Shown: positions 38,281-48,472 of the stretch, piece after piece
Layout: each line of letters opens with the position of its first letter
Numbering within the stretch: the first letter of the stretch is position 1
NCBI GenBank assembly: GCA_017547655.1
Contig: JAFYPF010000015.1
Location: 56,922-120,921, forward strand
DNA: 64,000 nt
Source of the DNA: Clostridia bacterium
GTDB lineage: Bacteria; Bacillota; Clostridia; Oscillospirales; CAG-272
Direction: 5' to 3'
Notes under the pieces: model-generated
Seen by the model: the letters and a program-made list of their open reading frames with translations, nothing else
What the model was told of the DNA's origin: nothing
Database searches by the model: none
Translations under genes and position numbers: made by a program

Positions 38281-40518
38281 TTATCCCTGCTCTTCATAAA
38301 CAGGAGACAAAAAAGTAATTTTAAGTTCATCTATACTTCCCGAATAGCAGTAATTAACGTTATCACTGCCATATCTGCCAAACAAATTTGTAAGATTAAA
38401 TGAAAATGTCTTTTCAACAACAATCTCAGCAATAACAGTACCATTTAAACGCAAAGCAATAGTTTTACTTCCGTGTATATACTCAATCATCCAAGAATTC
38501 ATCACTCTGCATTGTTCTGCATAGTCACCGTAAGGCAAATAAAACGTCTGACCGTTATCTTCTACCAGCCTTATCGAATACCCCATATTTTGAGCAAAAG
38601 GCGCAAGGTAAATATATCCTTTGGTTGAAAAAGAATTACCCAAAATAATGCTGTTATCATATAAAACACCGGTCCATTCAATTGACCAGTCAAAATCAGA
38701 TTTAAGCTCGACAGGTAATGTAAAGTTAAAATCAGCCTGTCTGTTCGCAGACGTAAGAACACCATCGCTTATCGAATATTGGTCAGCCAAAGATTTTTTC
38801 GATAACGTCAAATTATTTAATCCCGAAATCTCATTTAAATCATCAAATTCCCAAGTATATAATTTTTTGTCAACATTCGAATTGTTTTTTTCAACGATAC
38901 ATTTTATATTAAATCTAAAATCAATTCCGCCGCAAGAAAACAACATTTCCGCTACAGTTCCGTCATTTTCTTCTCTAACCTCTACAATTCCGCCATTTGA
39001 GTAAGAAAGCTTTTTACTATCAAATGATACGTTAACCTTGGTCGTTTCGGCATACAGAGGAGAAACAACAGCCACCGTTCTGATTGTTTCGCCTTTTTCT
39101 ATTTCTATAGTCTCACCGTATTCAAACAAGTCCTCGTGAGTATTTCCGAAAACTTCAATTTTTCTTACTGATTTATCAGTATTCGAGCTATAGCAATTAA
39201 ATAAGTTAAATGCCGTATCTCTACCGATTTCATTATACCCCTTCTGCGTATAATACAGATTATCCGCACCAACCATACCGTTTTCGACGTTGGAATTATC
39301 GGGAATACGTGTAATAATTCGCAAATCCTCATATATATTTCCGAGCATATATTGAGCAGAACATACGGGAGCTATTTCATTATGTGAATCTCCCTTTGTA
39401 AGAGAAGCCCTAACAGGTATTACCACTGTCATATCGAGGGATATATTTTCTTTTAGCCCGTTGTAAAAATCATTGAAGTAATATATATACTCATCAGACT
39501 TCATTCCTTGTGCTATATCCCATTCGCCGTGAAGCCAAACACAAAATACTCTACTTAAAGAATACGGAGAACTTTCCTCTGCAAATTTATTTTTAAAATA
39601 ATCAATACGAGCCAAAGCCATTTTATATGCCTCACCGCTCTGTGTCCAATCGGTTATCGAAACGTCGGAAACAGCAGTTTGAACAAATAATGATTTTTCT
39701 CCCGTATTTAAGTACCACTGTGAAGCGAGAGCAGGCGTAAAGCCCTCTCTTCCTGAAGAAAGGTCCTTCATTTCAAAGGCTCTGTCGTCAAGTTCTACCG
39801 TATAAGACGTTCCCGCCAAAGGTTTTATACTTTCCTCAATATTGCCTCCGATTCCTGCAGCATTTCCCTGTCCGGCAACAATAAACATATTAAGACAAGC
39901 CTTTACGGTTTTAGTTATGGTAAGCGTATCAACAAGCCTGTCTTCGACGTAAGCTTTTACTTGTGATGTCTCATCGCTCACTCCGATAACTCTGATTACA
40001 CCCGATTGGTCTACCGTCACGTTTCCACTATCACTTTCAACAGAAAAAACAAACGCTTCTCCATCTTTCAATGCATAATTCGGAACAAATGTATATCTGT
40101 CATCATATTGAAGCACCAATCCTAAAGCGGAATCTTTTACAAACTTCACTTCATAACTGTTCTTATATTTACCATCGTCAAGATAAATCCTTGCAGATGC
40201 CTCGTTTGAACTGTTTGCAAAAAACGCCTGATAAATATTAAGTTTTGTATCTGCTGACACAGCATTTGCCCATATCGTCGGCAAATAGGGATTTCCGGCA
40301 GGAACTTTTATTTCATAATACCTAACTTCACTATCAAAATCCAAAGACTCTCCTATAGCGCCAAGCGAAGATAATCTTGGTGCTTCGGGAGGCGCGGGCT
40401 CATATTTCGGCGCTTCGGGCTCTCTTTTTGACATAAACATTACAGTAAGAAAAATAACCCCAAGCGATATTAGAAGAAAGATTATATACCCCAATCTGAT
40501 TTTCTTAAGCTTTTGCAT
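38281..40518 (-). CDS. hypothetical anchored multidomain protein (Ig-like, SASA/DUF303 esterase-like, LamG/ConA-like)
   Basis: N-terminal TM anchor. A BIG2-like segment (VTVDQSGVIRVIGVS). The segment FIVAGQGNAAG resembles the GQSN block of sialate O-acetylesterase-like SGNH domains. The C-terminal roughly 200 aa look LamG/ConA-like (SGSIDELKITF). Confidence 0.5.
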   Translation of the reverse strand: MQKLKKIRLGYIIFLLISLGVIFLTVMFMSKREPEAPKYEPAPPEAPRLSSLGAIGESLDFDSEVRYYEIKVPAGNPYLPTIWANAVSADTKLNIYQAFFANSSNEASARIYLDDGKYKNSYEVKFVKDSALGLVLQYDDRYTFVPNYALKDGEAFVFSVESDSGNVTVDQSGVIRVIGVSDETSQVKAYVEDRLVDTLTITKTVKACLNMFIVAGQGNAAGIGGNIEESIKPLAGTSYTVELDDRAFEMKDLSSGREGFTPALASQWYLNTGEKSLFVQTAVSDVSITDWTQSGEAYKMALARIDYFKNKFAEESSPYSLSRVFCVWLHGEWDIAQGMKSDEYIYYFNDFYNGLKENISLDMTVVIPVRASLTKGDSHNEIAPVCSAQYMLGNIYEDLRIITRIPDNSNVENGMVGADNLYYTQKGYNEIGRDTAFNLFNCYSSNTDKSVRKIEVFGNTHEDLFEYGETIEIEKGETIRTVAVVSPLYAETTKVNVSFDSKKLSYSNGGIVEVREENDGTVAEMLFSCGGIDFRFNIKCIVEKNNSNVDKKLYTWEFDDLNEISGLNNLTLSKKSLADQYSISDGVLTSANRQADFNFTLPVELKSDFDWSIEWTGVLYDNSIILGNSFSTKGYIYLAPFAQNMGYSIRLVEDNGQTFYLPYGDYAEQCRVMNSWMIEYIHGSKTIALRLNGTVIAEIVVEKTFSFNLTNLFGRYGSDNVNYCYSGSIDELKITFLSPVYEEQG

Positions 40519-40666
40519 ATTTTAAGCCTTTCAAAATATGTATTTTTAATCAAACATTCATTATATTATACCATTTTTACAGCACCATGTCAAGTTTGAG
40601 CGTTTTAACCAACAACTATTGGTAATACTATGTATATCACATTATAATATTGTTAGGAGAAATATT

Positions 40667-40972
40667 ATGTTAAAATTTGTAAAACGCATTTTTATTCTTT
40701 ACCTTGTTGCACTAATGATTTTTATTTTTTCGGGGTGCCATTCAAACCTGACCGGACATCAGATTGTGGGAATATGGGAACACGCAGGCAACAAAATTGA
40801 ATTTACGGATAAGGGCTGGTTCAAAAAAGGTAACGAAAAATACACTTATACAGTAAACGAAAAAAAGGTTACAATCGACAACAACGGCGAAGCTATGGAA
40901 ATTGAGTATTCCGTAAACTCAAACGGAACCTTAATTTTCAACGGGCTTGTCTATTATCCTGTAAGCAAATAA
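40667..40972 (+). CDS. small lipoprotein
   Basis: MLKFVKRIFILYLVALMIFIFSGC lipobox, then a roughly 80-aa beta-rich mature part. RBS is AGGAGA. Confidence 0.55.
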   Translation: MLKFVKRIFILYLVALMIFIFSGCHSNLTGHQIVGIWEHAGNKIEFTDKGWFKKGNEKYTYTVNEKKVTIDNNGEAMEIEYSVNSNGTLIFNGLVYYPVSK

Positions 40973-41023
40973 AAACTTCTGTTAAAGACCATATAAATTT
41001 ACTTTTCATTAAGTTAGAAAAAA

Positions 41024-41063
41024 CTTTATCTTGCCTCCATCAGTCGAGCGAGGCAAGATAAAG
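41024..41063 (-). terminator. terminator after the P-loop protein gene
   Basis: CTTTATCTTGCCTC...GAGGCAAGATAAAG followed on the minus strand by TTTTTT. Confidence 0.6.
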
Positions 41064-41119
41064 CACATACTTATTTTAATTTTCAGCATAAAAATAATGT
41101 ATCTTTACAGTATTAACTT

Positions 41120-42160
41120 TTACGAAAATATTTCTTTTTTTATCTTCTTTAGTATTTCTGCATTTTTGGAAAAATCCATAGCGTCTATATAATACTTTTC
41201 AAGAGAGGTGTGAACATCGTATATTTCATCAAACCCCTTTTGAACTCCCTCGTACAATGAATTCAAACAGCGTCTTGCAAATCTGTTTTTCTGCTTATTC
41301 TTTCTCAACTCATCAACATCAATAAACCTATCCATATTGATTTGTTTCTTATCAATATCATCATCTTCATCAACCACAAAAGAACAGCTTACATCAGGTA
41401 AATACAAAGCGGAAATATTCGTGTTATCAAGATATGACGGACTGTATATTACTCTCAAAGCCTTGTTTTCGGCTTTTTTCAATAACATATCCATAAATAA
41501 ACAACCTACGCCATACCTGTCTTTTATTACATATTTGTTTTCAGCAAAATTGTGATATGTATCGTACATAATATGCCCCGCATGGCTTATTCCCTCTACC
41601 GGACGTATTTTCTTTGAAAAAACCTTGCCGTTTTTCCACCCCCGACTCAAACGTTCCACTGCCCCCTGCATTTTTTCATACAGCAACGCGCGTTTGTTAT
41701 ACAGTTTTATTTCAGCCTCTATTCTGCCTACTGCCGCCAAATAGTTATAAACGTTGTTATAAAGTTTGCTTTTAGTATTTACCAATTCGCATATTGTCTC
41801 TGCATTTTTTTGTAATTTTTCATCATCCCAACTATCCCCAAGATAAATTATTTTATCTTTTACCCCCGGATATCGCGGATCATACGTATGAGGTGACGTT
41901 CCGTCAATAACTGCAGTATTTAAATCCTCTATTATTATTCCGTCAAGCGACAACGGATCAGCCGAACAGTAAAAATATTCAACCGAATATTTATTGGCCT
42001 CGGCTTCATCGGCTATTTTTCTAATAAAGCTTGATTTGCCTGTACCCGGTCCTCCCTTTATTATGTACACCATATCAAGTTCGCCGTATATCTCGTTAAA
42101 ATAAGATACAAAACCTTTTTCGGTATTTGCAGATGCAAAGTACTTTTTTTCGTTCTGCAT
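41120..42160 (-). CDS. hypothetical P-loop NTPase
   Basis: Walker A GGPGTGKSS at about residue 36, and a Walker-B-like GIIIEDL. The rest is unrecognised. The gene is monocistronic, with its own RBS and terminator. Confidence 0.55.
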   Translation of the reverse strand: MQNEKKYFASANTEKGFVSYFNEIYGELDMVYIIKGGPGTGKSSFIRKIADEAEANKYSVEYFYCSADPLSLDGIIIEDLNTAVIDGTSPHTYDPRYPGVKDKIIYLGDSWDDEKLQKNAETICELVNTKSKLYNNVYNYLAAVGRIEAEIKLYNKRALLYEKMQGAVERLSRGWKNGKVFSKKIRPVEGISHAGHIMYDTYHNFAENKYVIKDRYGVGCLFMDMLLKKAENKALRVIYSPSYLDNTNISALYLPDVSCSFVVDEDDDIDKKQINMDRFIDVDELRKNKQKNRFARRCLNSLYEGVQKGFDEIYDVHTSLEKYYIDAMDFSKNAEILKKIKKEIFS

Positions 42161-42225
42161 TAAAATATCTCCCTTTTAAATTAGTATTTCAATGATATTC
42201 TATGCAAAACCTTGCAAATATGTTA

Positions 42226-42267
42226 AAAAATAATATGGTACACGAACATTAAAACGTGTACCATATT
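42226..42267 (-). terminator. terminator after purL
   Basis: AATATGGTACACG...CGTGTACCATATT followed on the minus strand by ATTTTTT. Confidence 0.7.
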
Positions 42268-42274
42268 GTTAGTT

Positions 42275-45200
42275 TTATTTAAAGTATTCTACACCTGACA
42301 AGAATATCTTCTGATCCTGTTCGCCGGGAACGTTTATTGCAACCCCGTTGCCAATACGTTCACTGTGCGCCATTTTACCGAGTATTCTTCCGTCAGGACT
42401 CGTAATACCCTCAATAGCATAATCGGATGCGTTGGGATTAAAGGTAATATCCATCGTAGGATTGCCCTTTTCATCAACGTACTGCGTAGCTATCTGTCCG
42501 CTTGCCGCAAGCTGTCTCAAAATTGCTTCGGGGGCAGTAAATCTACCTTCGCCATGGCTTATCGGAACTGTATGAACGTCGCCTGTATTAACGTTTGCAA
42601 ACCAAGGAGATTTAACAGATGATATTCTCGTCTGTACCATCTGCGACTGGTGTCTGCCAATAGCGTTAAACGTCAACGTAGGACTGTCATTATCCATAGT
42701 ATCCATAATCTTACCGTAAGGCAAAAGTCCGGATTTAACGAGTGCCTGGAAACCATTACATATACCGAGCATAAGGCCGTCTCTGTTTTCGAGAAGATTT
42801 GTAACAGCCTCTTTAACCCTCGGGTTACGAAGAACCGCAGTAATAAACTTACCTGAACCGTCAGGCTCGTCGCCTCCGCTAAAGCCACCCGGAATCATAA
42901 GGATTTGGCTATTATTTACCTTTTCTGCAAATTCCTTAATAGACTGCGTAAGAACGTCGGAATTGATATTACGGAGAACAAATATCTCCGCTTTAGCCCC
43001 TGCTCTTTCAAATGCTCTTGCAGTATCGTATTCGCAGTTTGTACCGGGGAATACAGGAATAATTACACGAGGCTTTGCAACCTTAACTGCAGGTCTTGCA
43101 ATATTTCTTTCTGTATATGCAAACGTCTCTGTAGTATCTCTTCCGACACCTTTTGCTTCTGTCGGGAATACCTTCTGCAAAGGAGCTTCCCAAGACTCTT
43201 TGAGTTCTTTTACGCAAATCGTTTCGCCGTTAAGCTTGATAACAGCCTCGCTCAATGTCTTACCGAGGAGCTTACCGTCAGCCATAGAGTCGGTTTCAAC
43301 AATGTAAGCACCGTAGCCGTTCTTAAGAAGTTCTTTTACGTCGGTATTTTCTGCAAATTCAAAACCGATTTCGTTACCGAATGTCATCTTTGCTATACCT
43401 TCAGCAATACCGCCAAAGCCAAGCGTATATACTGCTTTTGTTTTCTTATCTGCAATAAGAGAATGGATATATGTATATACCTTCTTCAAGGATTCAAAGC
43501 AAACGATACCGTTTTCATCATATTCGGGTGTAATAAGATATACGTTATTTCCTGCCGCCTTGAATTCGGGAGTTGTAATATTCTGCAATTTTGTTGCAGC
43601 GCAAGCAAACGATACGAGTGTGGGAGGAACATCAATATTCTCGAATGTTCCACTCATACTGTCCTTACCGCCGATAGCCGCAAGTCCAAGCTCTGTCTGC
43701 GCCTTAAATGCGCCGAGGAGTGCCGCAAAGGGTTTACCCCATCTTTCAGGCTTGTTGTTCGTTCTTTCAAAGTATTCTTGGAATGTGAGATAACAATCTT
43801 CGAAGGGAACGCCTGCCGCAACCATTCTCGATACACTTTCTACTACAGCATAGAGTGCGCTGTGGTAGGGACTCTTATCTGCTATCATGGGGTTATAACC
43901 ATACGCCATAACAGAAACTGTATTTGTTTCACCTTTAAGAACGGGCAATTTTGCCGCCATAAATTGAGGTGCTGTAGACTGTGTCTTTCCGCCATAAGGC
44001 ATCACAACGCTTCCTGCGCCGATAGACGAGTCAAAACGGCTTATCAAGCCCCTCTGCGAGCACACGTTAAGGTCTTCAACCAAAGAGGTAAAGGTTTCCT
44101 TTGCGGTTGCTTTTGCGTGAGATGTAGCCGAAACTTCGAATATATCTGCAACCTCTGCTTTAGATACAGAAATTTCAGTATGTTTTTCTGCACCGTTGGA
44201 ATTAAGAAACTCACGAGAGAGGTCAACAGTTGTTTTACCGTTCCAGTGCATTCTGAGCCTCTTCTCTTTGGTAACTCTTGCGACAACCGTAGACTCAAGG
44301 TTTTCACCGAGAGCAAGCTGCATAAACTTTTCTGCATCTTTCGCTCTTACTACAACTGCCATTCTTTCCTGTGATTCGGATATTGCAAGTTCGGTACCGT
44401 CAAGACCTTCATACTTCTTCGGTACTTTTGAAAGGTCTATATCAAGCCCGTCGGCAAGCTCACCAATAGCAACGGAGATACCGCCCGCACCAAAGTCGTT
44501 ACAACGTCTGATAAGGGTTGTAGCCTCTTTTGAACGGAAAAGTCTCTGTAACTTTCTTTCTTCGGGGGGATTACCCTTTTGAACTTCCGCACCGCACTTA
44601 ACAAGAGATTCTGATGTGTGCGCCTTCGATGAACCTGTAGCACCACCGCAACCATCGCGTCCTGTTCTTCCGCCGAGAAGTATAACAACGTCGCCGTCTT
44701 CGGGAACTTCTCTGATTACGTTTTCTGCGGGAGCAGCACCAACAACTGCGCCTATTTCAAGTCTCTTTGCAACGTAGTTGGGATGATATATTTCATTAAC
44801 ACTGCCGGTAGCAAGACCAATCTGGTTACCGTATGAAGAATAACCGTTAGCTGCACCTGTTGTAATCTTTGACTGGGGAAGCTTACCAGGAATAGTTTCG
44901 CTTACTTTCTTGCGAGGATCGGCAGCACCGGTAACACGCATTGCCTGATATACGTATGATCTACCTGAAAGCGGATCTCTGATAGCACCGCCGAGACAGG
45001 TTGCAGCGCCACCGAAAGGTTCAATTTCTGTCGGATGGTTATGAGTTTCATTCTTGAACATCAAAAGCCAATCCTGCTCTTCACCGTCAATTTCGGCCTT
45101 GATTTTAACGGAACAAGCGTTTATTTCTTCAGATTCATCAAGATTCTTGAGTATTCCCTTCTTCTTGAGATACTTTGCAGCCAATGTCCCTATATCCATC

Positions 45201-46006
45201 AAAGTCATAGGCTTCATCTTTTTGCCTGCATAAACCTCTTCCCTTTTTGCGATGTAATCTTTATATGTATCCGCAATAAAGGAATCTTCTATTTTTACTC
45301 CGTCAATATGAGTAAGAAACGTTGTATGACGGCAGTGGTCTGACCAATATGAGTCAATAAGGCGAAGCTCTGAAAGTGTAGGATCTCTCTTTTCTTCATC
45401 TCTAAAGTGTTTAACGCAGAATTCAACATCATCTTCATCCATAGCCAAAGCATATTTAGCGATAAACCCTTTGAAATCAGATCTTGTCATCTTGATAAAA
45501 CCATCAATAGTGGGAACCATATCGGGCATTTCATGCCTTTCCTCCAAGGAAAAGGGCATTTCAAAAGAAGCTTCGCGGCTTTCAACAGGGTTGATAACGT
45601 ATTTCTTTATGCTTTCAAGCTCTTTGTCGGTTATGTTACCCGAAAGAATGTAAAGCCTTGCAGTCTTTACTATAGGTCTGTCGCCTTGCGTAAGAATCTG
45701 AATACACTGAGAACAGGAGTCTGCTCTCTGGTCAAACTGTCCGGGCAAATATTCTACTGCAAAAATCTTGTCATCTTTGTTATATTCAATATTTTCTGCA
45801 GCCACATCAGTCTGCGGTTCAGAAAAAATAGTATATTTTGCTTTCTCAAAAATTTCTTCGCCAATACCCTCAACATAATATCTGTTAATAAGTCTGACAT
45901 TTTCAAGTCCGCCTATCATCAAGTTTTCGCGAAGATCCCTCTTCACGCTTTCCGCTTCAATACGGTTGTCCTGTTTTCTTTCAACAAAAACTCTGAAAAC
46001 GCTCAT
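42275..46006 (-). CDS. purL: phosphoribosylformylglycinamidine synthase, single-chain large form
   Basis: 1243 aa. Central AIR-synthase-like repeats (NHPTEIEPFGGAATC). The C-terminal class-I amidotransferase has GICNGFQ and HSE. Confidence 0.93.
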   Translation of the reverse strand: MSVFRVFVERKQDNRIEAESVKRDLRENLMIGGLENVRLINRYYVEGIGEEIFEKAKYTIFSEPQTDVAAENIEYNKDDKIFAVEYLPGQFDQRADSCSQCIQILTQGDRPIVKTARLYILSGNITDKELESIKKYVINPVESREASFEMPFSLEERHEMPDMVPTIDGFIKMTRSDFKGFIAKYALAMDEDDVEFCVKHFRDEEKRDPTLSELRLIDSYWSDHCRHTTFLTHIDGVKIEDSFIADTYKDYIAKREEVYAGKKMKPMTLMDIGTLAAKYLKKKGILKNLDESEEINACSVKIKAEIDGEEQDWLLMFKNETHNHPTEIEPFGGAATCLGGAIRDPLSGRSYVYQAMRVTGAADPRKKVSETIPGKLPQSKITTGAANGYSSYGNQIGLATGSVNEIYHPNYVAKRLEIGAVVGAAPAENVIREVPEDGDVVILLGGRTGRDGCGGATGSSKAHTSESLVKCGAEVQKGNPPEERKLQRLFRSKEATTLIRRCNDFGAGGISVAIGELADGLDIDLSKVPKKYEGLDGTELAISESQERMAVVVRAKDAEKFMQLALGENLESTVVARVTKEKRLRMHWNGKTTVDLSREFLNSNGAEKHTEISVSKAEVADIFEVSATSHAKATAKETFTSLVEDLNVCSQRGLISRFDSSIGAGSVVMPYGGKTQSTAPQFMAAKLPVLKGETNTVSVMAYGYNPMIADKSPYHSALYAVVESVSRMVAAGVPFEDCYLTFQEYFERTNNKPERWGKPFAALLGAFKAQTELGLAAIGGKDSMSGTFENIDVPPTLVSFACAATKLQNITTPEFKAAGNNVYLITPEYDENGIVCFESLKKVYTYIHSLIADKKTKAVYTLGFGGIAEGIAKMTFGNEIGFEFAENTDVKELLKNGYGAYIVETDSMADGKLLGKTLSEAVIKLNGETICVKELKESWEAPLQKVFPTEAKGVGRDTTETFAYTERNIARPAVKVAKPRVIIPVFPGTNCEYDTARAFERAGAKAEIFVLRNINSDVLTQSIKEFAEKVNNSQILMIPGGFSGGDEPDGSGKFITAVLRNPRVKEAVTNLLENRDGLMLGICNGFQALVKSGLLPYGKIMDTMDNDSPTLTFNAIGRHQSQMVQTRISSVKSPWFANVNTGDVHTVPISHGEGRFTAPEAILRQLAASGQIATQYVDEKGNPTMDITFNPNASDYAIEGITSPDGRILGKMAHSERIGNGVAINVPGEQDQKIFLSGVEYFK

Positions 46007-47316
46007 TTTAACTCTCCCTCTGTCATTCCGTCTTTTTCGTTATATTTTTTCAAAACAACACTTTTAAGCTTTCCGCCTAAATCTGCGTCATTTCTAACTT
46101 TTACATAGATAAAATTACTTGTATGTCCGTGCCAATATCCGTCCTTTTCGGTCTCGAACAACACCTCAAGTTTTGTTTCCTTTTCAATAAATTTCTCGAT
46201 ACATCTTTTTTTCATAGAATCGGCAATTCCTTGCAATTCTTTATGTCGCCGTAACTTCACACCATTATCCAACTGTTCTTTCATCTTTGCAGCTTCTGTA
46301 TCCGGTCTTATTGAATAAGAAAAAATATGGCTGTTTAAAATTTCAAGCGAGTCTACAAACTCCAGCGTTTTTTGGTGGTCTTCTTCGGTTTCCCCCGGAA
46401 ACCCCACTATAAAGTCCGAGCCAAACGTTACGTTTGGTATTTTTTCTCTCATATAACCAACGCACTCTGCTACCATTTTTGTGTTATAACGCCGCCTCAT
46501 AGCATTAAGCGTCCTATCCATACCGCTTTGAAGAGACAAATGATAATGCGGCATAGGCTTTTTTAAAAGCGCCAACCTGTCTATTATGTTTTTTTTCAAA
46601 TAAGCAGGTTCCAAAGAACCAAGTCGTATTCGTTCAAGCCCATCTACGGTTTCAAGACTTTCAAGCAAGTCTATAAGACTGTAATCATTTCCCTCACCGT
46701 ACGCCGCCGTTTCAATTCCGACGAGCACTATTTCGCGGTAACCGTTCGCAACTATGCTTTTTACCTCATTCAACACCTCATCAATAGGCTTTGAACGCAC
46801 ATTTCCTCTTGCCTTCGGGATTATGCAATAAGAACACTTGTTGTTGCATCCGTCTTCAATTTTCAAAAATGCCCTTGTTCTGTCTTGAATAGTAGCTTCC
46901 ATAGTCTCAAAATCAGCATTAAACGGATTTCCCACGTTGATTTCCGAGCATTGCCCCTTTTCTTTTCCAACAAGAGCAACTGCCCTTTCAACTATTTTTA
47001 GTTTATCGGTAGTTCCGCCTATATAATCAACACCGGATATTTCTGCCGTTTCTTTCGGAAATATCTGCGAATGACAACCGCAAACAAGTATCTTGGCATC
47101 GGGATTATTTTTAACCGCACGCCTTATAAGTTGCCTTGATTTACGATCACTCTCGGCTGTTACCGTACACGTGTTTATTATATAAACGTCGCACTTCTCG
47201 GAAAAATCCACTATATCAAAACCATGTTCCGAAAGCTTGTCTGCTATAGCTTCGCTTTCGTAAAGGTTTACACGGCACCCTAACGTATAAATCGAAGCTT
47301 TATATCTTTTACCCAT
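46003..47316 (-). CDS. mtaB: tRNA t6A37 methylthiotransferase (MiaB-family radical SAM)
   Basis: N-terminal MTTase Cys pattern (TLGCRVN), the radical-SAM motif GCNNKCSYC, and a C-terminal TRAM-like region. Its stop overlaps the purL start (ATGA). Confidence 0.85.
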   Translation of the reverse strand: MGKRYKASIYTLGCRVNLYESEAIADKLSEHGFDIVDFSEKCDVYIINTCTVTAESDRKSRQLIRRAVKNNPDAKILVCGCHSQIFPKETAEISGVDYIGGTTDKLKIVERAVALVGKEKGQCSEINVGNPFNADFETMEATIQDRTRAFLKIEDGCNNKCSYCIIPKARGNVRSKPIDEVLNEVKSIVANGYREIVLVGIETAAYGEGNDYSLIDLLESLETVDGLERIRLGSLEPAYLKKNIIDRLALLKKPMPHYHLSLQSGMDRTLNAMRRRYNTKMVAECVGYMREKIPNVTFGSDFIVGFPGETEEDHQKTLEFVDSLEILNSHIFSYSIRPDTEAAKMKEQLDNGVKLRRHKELQGIADSMKKRCIEKFIEKETKLEVLFETEKDGYWHGHTSNFIYVKVRNDADLGGKLKSVVLKKYNEKDGMTEGELK

Positions 47317-47414
47317 CTACATCTCCGTAAATATACTTAATCAATATATCATAACATTTTTTTGCTCTTCTGTAAACAGTATTTTTATATTTTTTTATAT
47401 ATTTTATTTTTTTA

Positions 47415-47443
47415 TTGCTTTTTTCGATAAGAAAATGTATAAT
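47415..47443 (+). promoter_or_regulatory. sigma-A-type promoter of the pseudouridine synthase gene
   Basis: TTGCTT, a 17-nt spacer, then TATAAT. Confidence 0.5.
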
Positions 47444-47477
47444 TGATTTAATCAATTCCTCGGAAGGAGTATTGTTT

Positions 47478-48431
47478 ATGCGGATACTTACCGTAAAAGA
47501 AAATGATGCGGGACAACGGCTTGACAAATTCCTGTCAAAAACCCTAAAAACACTTCCCATGTCCCTTATGTATAAACAGATAAGAACAAAGAAAATAAAA
47601 GTAAACAGAAAACGCACCGAGCCGAAATACGTTTTGCAAAACGGAGATACGGTTGAGTTGTTTATTGCCGAAGAATTTTTTGAAAAGACCTCCTCCACTG
47701 AAGCATTTACTCAACTAAAAGCCAATCTCGATATTGTCTACGAAGACAAAAATATCCTCCTTGCAGACAAACGCCCTGGACTTATTGTTCATTCCGATTC
47801 AAAAGAGGATACGAATACACTTATCAATCATATAAAAGCATATCTTTATCAAAAAGGCGAATATAATCCCGAAAATGAAAATTCATTTGCCCCTGCACTT
47901 TGTAACCGTATTGACAGAAATACGGGCGGTATAGTAATTGCAGCAAAAAATGCAGAAACTTTGCGTATTCTCAACCAAAAAATAAAAGACCGAGAATTAA
48001 CTAAAAAATATCTTTTGGCAGTACACGGAAAAGTTTTGCCGAGAACCGGCACAATCAAAAACTATATTTTAAAAGACGAAAAAACAAATACCGTAAAAGT
48101 ATATGACAACCGCGTAAAAGGTTCAAAAACAGCCGAAACAAAATATAGAGTTATCGAAGAAAGAAACAATCTTTCACTTATTGAAGTCGAACTTTTAACC
48201 GGAAGAACACATCAGATAAGAGCGCAATTTTCATATATGGGACACCCGCTTCTCGGCGACGGCAAATACGGAATCAACAAAGATGACCGCAAATCCGGTT
48301 ACAAATGCCAAGCTCTTTATTCATACAAACTTGGATTTGACTTTACAACCGAATCGGGTATTTTGTCCTATCTAAAAGGCAAATCATTTGAAGTAAAAAA
48401 AGACAATATATACTTCCTCAAAGAGTTTTAA
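47478..48431 (+). CDS. RluA-family 23S rRNA/tRNA pseudouridine synthase
   Basis: An S4-like N-terminus (RLDKFLSK), catalytic Asp motif NRIDRNTGGIV, and THQIRAQ. The ATG at 47478 follows AGGAG. Confidence 0.85.
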   Translation: MRILTVKENDAGQRLDKFLSKTLKTLPMSLMYKQIRTKKIKVNRKRTEPKYVLQNGDTVELFIAEEFFEKTSSTEAFTQLKANLDIVYEDKNILLADKRPGLIVHSDSKEDTNTLINHIKAYLYQKGEYNPENENSFAPALCNRIDRNTGGIVIAAKNAETLRILNQKIKDRELTKKYLLAVHGKVLPRTGTIKNYILKDEKTNTVKVYDNRVKGSKTAETKYRVIEERNNLSLIEVELLTGRTHQIRAQFSYMGHPLLGDGKYGINKDDRKSGYKCQALYSYKLGFDFTTESGILSYLKGKSFEVKKDNIYFLKEF

Positions 48432-48439
48432 AAACACAA

Positions 48440-48472
48440 AAAACGAGCTGATTACAGCTCGTTTTCTTTATT
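48440..48472. terminator. bidirectional terminator
   Basis: AAAACGAGCTG-ATTA-CAGCTCGTTTT. Confidence 0.7.

Noticed and set aside
42905-44374. A 489-aa ORF on the plus strand, antisense to purL
   Set aside because: Its composition is Cys/Phe/Arg/Leu-rich with no RBS and no recognisable motif. It lies entirely inside the strongly supported purL frame, so it is a typical antisense shadow ORF.
47309-47698. A 129-aa minus-strand ORF in the mtaB/rluA divergent region
   Set aside because: It runs antisense through the promoter and the 5' end of the pseudouridine synthase gene, has an AT-rich low-complexity translation, and has no RBS.
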